A stretch of 64,000 nucleotides of DNA from Lineus longissimus (Eukaryota). The notes beneath the pieces were generated by a model. That model did no database searches. It was not told the origin of the DNA and saw only the letters and a list, made by a program, of their open reading frames with translations. The stretch is from NCBI RefSeq assembly GCF_910592395.1, contig NC_088313.1, forward strand, positions 17,766,500 to 17,830,499. The letters are read 5' to 3'. Positions 62,101 to 64,000 of this stretch are shown here, one piece after another. Made by a program: the position numbers and the translations under genes. How positions within the stretch are numbered: position 1 is the stretch's first letter; each line of letters begins with the position of its first letter.

Positions 62101-64000
62101 TTTCGGCTTGACATAGTACTCACTAGACATTGGCCCATAGCCAAATTTTTTGTGCCATTGCCAGTGGTGAATGGAATAAACCACAGTGGCATACCTGAGT
62201 ACAACCATCATGACAATCAGCTGTGCCCATATCTCAATCTCATTCAATTCCAACCCGCTATCTAACCAACTGGATATTCTCATCTGTCTGGGTAGGTTGT
62301 ACATGTATATATTGTACTGAATCTATTTCTGTTTGTCTGGTGACGACAATAGGGCTGTATAACTTTACTTTCTCTGTTTGATTTGAATCCAACATTTATA
62401 AGTTCTGTCACGTCAGTTTTTATTGCACTTTTTCTACAGACGCATATGTTATCAAACAAAGGTTTTTGTATTTTACACTCATATTTTGCGCTATGACTTT
62501 GTAAAGGACCTTTAGTTACAAAATATAAAGCACACCTGCAACTACCAAAACAAATTGTGTACAAACCTGCTACAATGAAGGAATTTTAGGGTTACTTTTA
62601 CTAAGTAAAGTGCCTTGCCCATGGTTACATTACAAGCACTGTGTCATTGGCAGGTATGTGCGGGGGGAGGTTGAAAAAGTGCCTGCTAAGGAATATTAAG
62701 TTGTTCTGGTCTGATTAGCTGGTTAAGTTGTTTTGATAGTTGCTTCAAAAGCAGATTTTCCATTACAGTAGAAAGGGACCCACATTTACCCGTTCAGTGA
62801 TTTTATCCACCAAAGGTTCTGTCAATTTGAAAATAAGCATTCAGCTCTTGCAATTTTCATTTTGATTAAATTGAAAAGTGGTTTTATATTCTAAGTACTT
62901 GATGTGTACATACGTTGTGGCTTAGCATAGATCTATATTTTAATAATTTAAGTGTATTTGTCATATCTAGCATGGTATTATGTATTCCATTGTCCACTTT
63001 CAAAGGATTTGTGTACCTTCAATTCTCTGATGTCCCTGCCACATCCTGTTTATCGCCTGAGGCATAATTCCACTTTTTTGCCCTTGGCCTTGTGGTTGGA
63101 AAAAAGTCAATATTAACCCTACTAAAGAACCACGCAAGCTAGCAATTTAAGAATTACATGCATGGTAAATGTATGTAAGTAGTGTTTCAGCCAGGATTTC
63201 AAAAAGGCAGGGCAAGTTCGGACTCTGAAAAGGCAGGAGCAATTTTCAGCCAAAAAAGGGCTTTTTAGAATTTGTATGTCATTGCATTCCTAGAAGTCTC
63301 CTACTTTCTCACTTTTCCACCTGGTGACCAGCACTGGTGTTTAAAAACAAGCTTTATTTTTTACGAAAGTTCCTGATAACATCTATTTCAGTACGTTCAG
63401 CAGATTTAATGTATTTATAAGAATTTCTGAGGCTTAATTTGCCAGGAATTACAGCCTATTAAAGGATTCTCTCAATTCATGCATACATACATGTACGAGA
63501 ACATGACTTTCAATCCCTCATACTTGAAATCTTATGAAAGTCAATGTCAGACCATTTTCTAGCGAAATCTTTCCATCCTATACTTTCAGGTGTTATGGAG
63601 CAGCAGATATCAAAGACAGTTTGAAACGTCGAGATTCTTCTCGTACGCAACGAAAACGGGCCGTGCGTTGTCGCTGCGGGTGTGGGGTGTGGTTGGCGAC
63701 TCCCATTATCACACATTTATGGTAGCGCCACCTACCCACCGACTGTGTCATCTCCCACCTCGCTACAATGGTGGATTTAATCACAGAAAAGTTCCGACAT
63801 CAAACTCTGGCCGAGTCTCATTTACGCATTCAGGCGGAACCTTCACACCCGGTAAGTTGAAAAAGCTTAGAAACTTCTGAAGAAGAGGCAAAAATATTTC
63901 ATGTATAGTATGACCCACTTCAAGTGTGCAGAAGACAGTGGAGTGCATGTAATACCCTGAGGCCCGGGCTTCTTCTCATCAGAATGTGCTCTGCTGGCTG

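Noticed and set aside
62014-62304. 96-aa minus ORF with one hydrophobic segment (WAQLIVMMVVLRYATVVYSIHHWQW...)
   Set aside because: It vaguely resembles small single-TM mitochondrial proteins, but no confident family match and no start or splice evidence, so it is not called.

Overview
Eukaryotic (metazoan, invertebrate-like) nuclear DNA, AT-rich, with compact multi-exon genes, short GT-AG introns and abundant tandem and foldback repeats. There is no prokaryotic structure and no CRISPR. Nine protein-coding genes are recognisable by homology. On the minus strand: a partial ephrin-receptor-like (TNFR/GCC2-GCC3 type) cysteine-rich repeat gene, a PLAC8-like gene, BUB3, CIAO1, SLU7, GLRX3 and one RNF145-like gene. 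On the plus strand: cyclin J, mitochondrial glycerol-3-phosphate acyltransferase (GPAM/GPAT1), NOA1 (YqeH-type circularly permuted GTPase) and a second RNF145-like gene. The two RNF145-like polytopic RING-H2 E3 ligase paralogs lie head-to-head and diverge from a shared promoter region of about 0.5 kb. The repeat landscape includes: a foldback element of about 775 bp with 16-22 bp tandem subrepeats plus dispersed related fragments (4.2-6.7 kb); a 103-bp tandem satellite of about 2 kb between GPAM and CIAO1; a 3 x ~300 bp tandem repeat ending in a (GAC)n microsatellite of about 30 units; a nested palindrome at 58.65-59.1 kb; and a perfect 22-bp-stem hairpin upstream of GPAM. Exon coordinates were derived by hand from splice-site consensus and homology and may be off by 1-2 nt. 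Gene identities rest on recalled protein families, not on database searches.
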